Assembly: GCA_965214705.1 (NCBI GenBank)
Contig: CBDCCI010000002.1
Span: 2,978,944-3,042,943, forward strand
Direction: 5' to 3'
From: Alphaproteobacteria bacterium
Lineage (GTDB): Bacteria > Pseudomonadota > Alphaproteobacteria > UBA828
Length of the DNA stretch: 64,000 nucleotides
Shown piece by piece: positions 62,992-64,000 of the stretch (position 1 is its first letter; every line of letters begins with the position of its first letter). The notes below the pieces were generated by a model. That model had not been told where the DNA came from and searched no databases. It worked only from the letters and a program-made list of their open reading frames with translations. The translations under genes and the position numbers were made by a program.

Positions 62992-63749
62992 GTCGTTGCC
63001 CTTTCCTTTCGAGAAAATTGGGGGCGCGCCTTCCGGCAAGGACCCCCGTGGACACGCTCAGCGTGTAAGGGCAACGACACCCCGATTCGCCGTCATCGGT
63101 ACAGGCTCCAACGGTGCCGGTTGATGCCGCGCCCCATTACGGCATCTGGACTATGAGCCGGCGAAATTCACCGTCATCGAGACGGTGCGCCCCCCGCTAC
63201 GCCTGCAACAAGTGCAAGGGAGGCGGAGTGGTGCAGGCGTCGGCACCGGCCTCTCTGGTGGAGGGCGGCCTTCCCACCGAGGCTCTTCTGGCGCACGTGC
63301 TGATCTCGAAGTACGGCGATCATTGCCCGCTCTATCGCCAGTCGCAGATCTACGAGCGCTCGGGGATCGAGGTTCACCGCGCGACGCTGGCGACGTGGGT
63401 GGGGCAGGCGTCGTTTCACCTGCGCCCCGTGGTCGATTGCCTGACGGGCGGCGGCTGAAGCAGTCGGACCACCCTGGGTCTGGACGAGACCACGATCCGC
63501 GTTTCTCGACCCGGGCCGGGGCAAGACGAAGGACGGGCTACATGTGGACCCTTGTGCGTGACGAGCGCCACTGGAGCGGCACGGACCCGCCGGGCGTCGT
63601 CTATCCGCTATGCGCCCGGCCGCGGCGGCAAGTATGGCGCCGAGCTTATGGAGGGGCTTTTCGGGGACGGTGCAGCTCGACGGCTACTCGGGCCACAACA
63701 TCCTGGCGCGGCCGGACCGGGCGGAAGGCCCTGTGACGCGGGCCCCTCT

Positions 63750-64000
63750 GCCGAGTAGGAGGGGTCGTTGCCGAGCCCCTCCCCTCGCAGACCCGGACGA
63801 GCAGATTTCCCGCATCCGGTTCCTCACATGCCAGTTTCGCTCACGGGGCTTGCAATTTATGAACGAGCCGGGCCGGCGGCAGCGGATACCGGGCGAGGAT
63901 CGCCTCCATCTGCTCCCAAGTGAACCACCCTTTCTGGCCGCGGTGAGCGAGCCACCGCTTCAGATCAGGATGACCCGTTTCAGGAACCACCGGATGCGTT
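63750..64000 (-). mobile_element. Group II intron 3, 3' end; runs off the window
   Basis: Domain V GAACCGGATGCGGGAAATCTGCTCGTCCGGGTC plus a domain VI hairpin; maturase tail KRWLAHRGQK..FTW...YPLP ending at 63841. Confidence 0.85.

Larger units (their letters stand above)
61493..63145 (-). mobile_element. IS110-family (IS1111 group) element in IS66 tnpC
   Basis: Sub-terminal IRs CCGTAATGGGGCG / CGCCCCATTACGG; CT core on both sides; removal restores GAG CGT CTG GAC (ERLD). Confidence 0.9.
59967..63749 (+). mobile_element. IS66-family element: tnpA 60057-60483 frameshifted, tnpB, interrupted tnpC
   Basis: GTAAGCGGTATCG end; tnpC FGPRSEK, CPCGCG..IGED.SERL|DYEP, KYGDHCPLYRQ. Confidence 0.85.

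Noticed and set aside
60190-64000. Many frameshifts as programmed recoding
   Set aside because: Scattered indels across unrelated genes fit decay or consensus error; needs a read check

Overview
GC-rich accessory region with no housekeeping, rRNA, tRNA or CRISPR features; it reads as an ICE/plasmid-like backbone overrun by mobile DNA. Backbone: an uncharacterised module (divergent cold-shock gene, small hypothetical gene, CxxC-repeat Arg-rich protein, ssb, Toprim primase, DUF2493) present in partial copies at 1-3.8 kb, 29.3-33.1 kb and 38.7-39.9 kb. Mobile elements: a nested insertion at 3.9-14.9 kb (integrase + IS91-like element > group II intron 1 > IS1634 in domain V, plus group II intron 2 > three-recombinase RIT element); two tandem pairs of tyrosine integrases sharing an upstream motif; three complete DUF4338-ISAs1 elements with 10-bp target duplications; further IS1634, IS66, IS21 and IS3 pieces; an IS1111-type IS110 element with readable bridge-RNA guides; two short non-autonomous insertions; and a third group II intron at the right edge. 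Cargo is defence-like: an SphI-like HNH nuclease + adenine methylase, a 1241-aa PD-(D/E)XK protein, Fic, a SIR2-NTPase-TPR-OB protein, an ABC ATPase + DUF4276 pair, HU and a triple cold-shock protein. Family calls come from recalled motifs, not database searches. Dense frameshifts beyond about 60 kb may be assembly errors.
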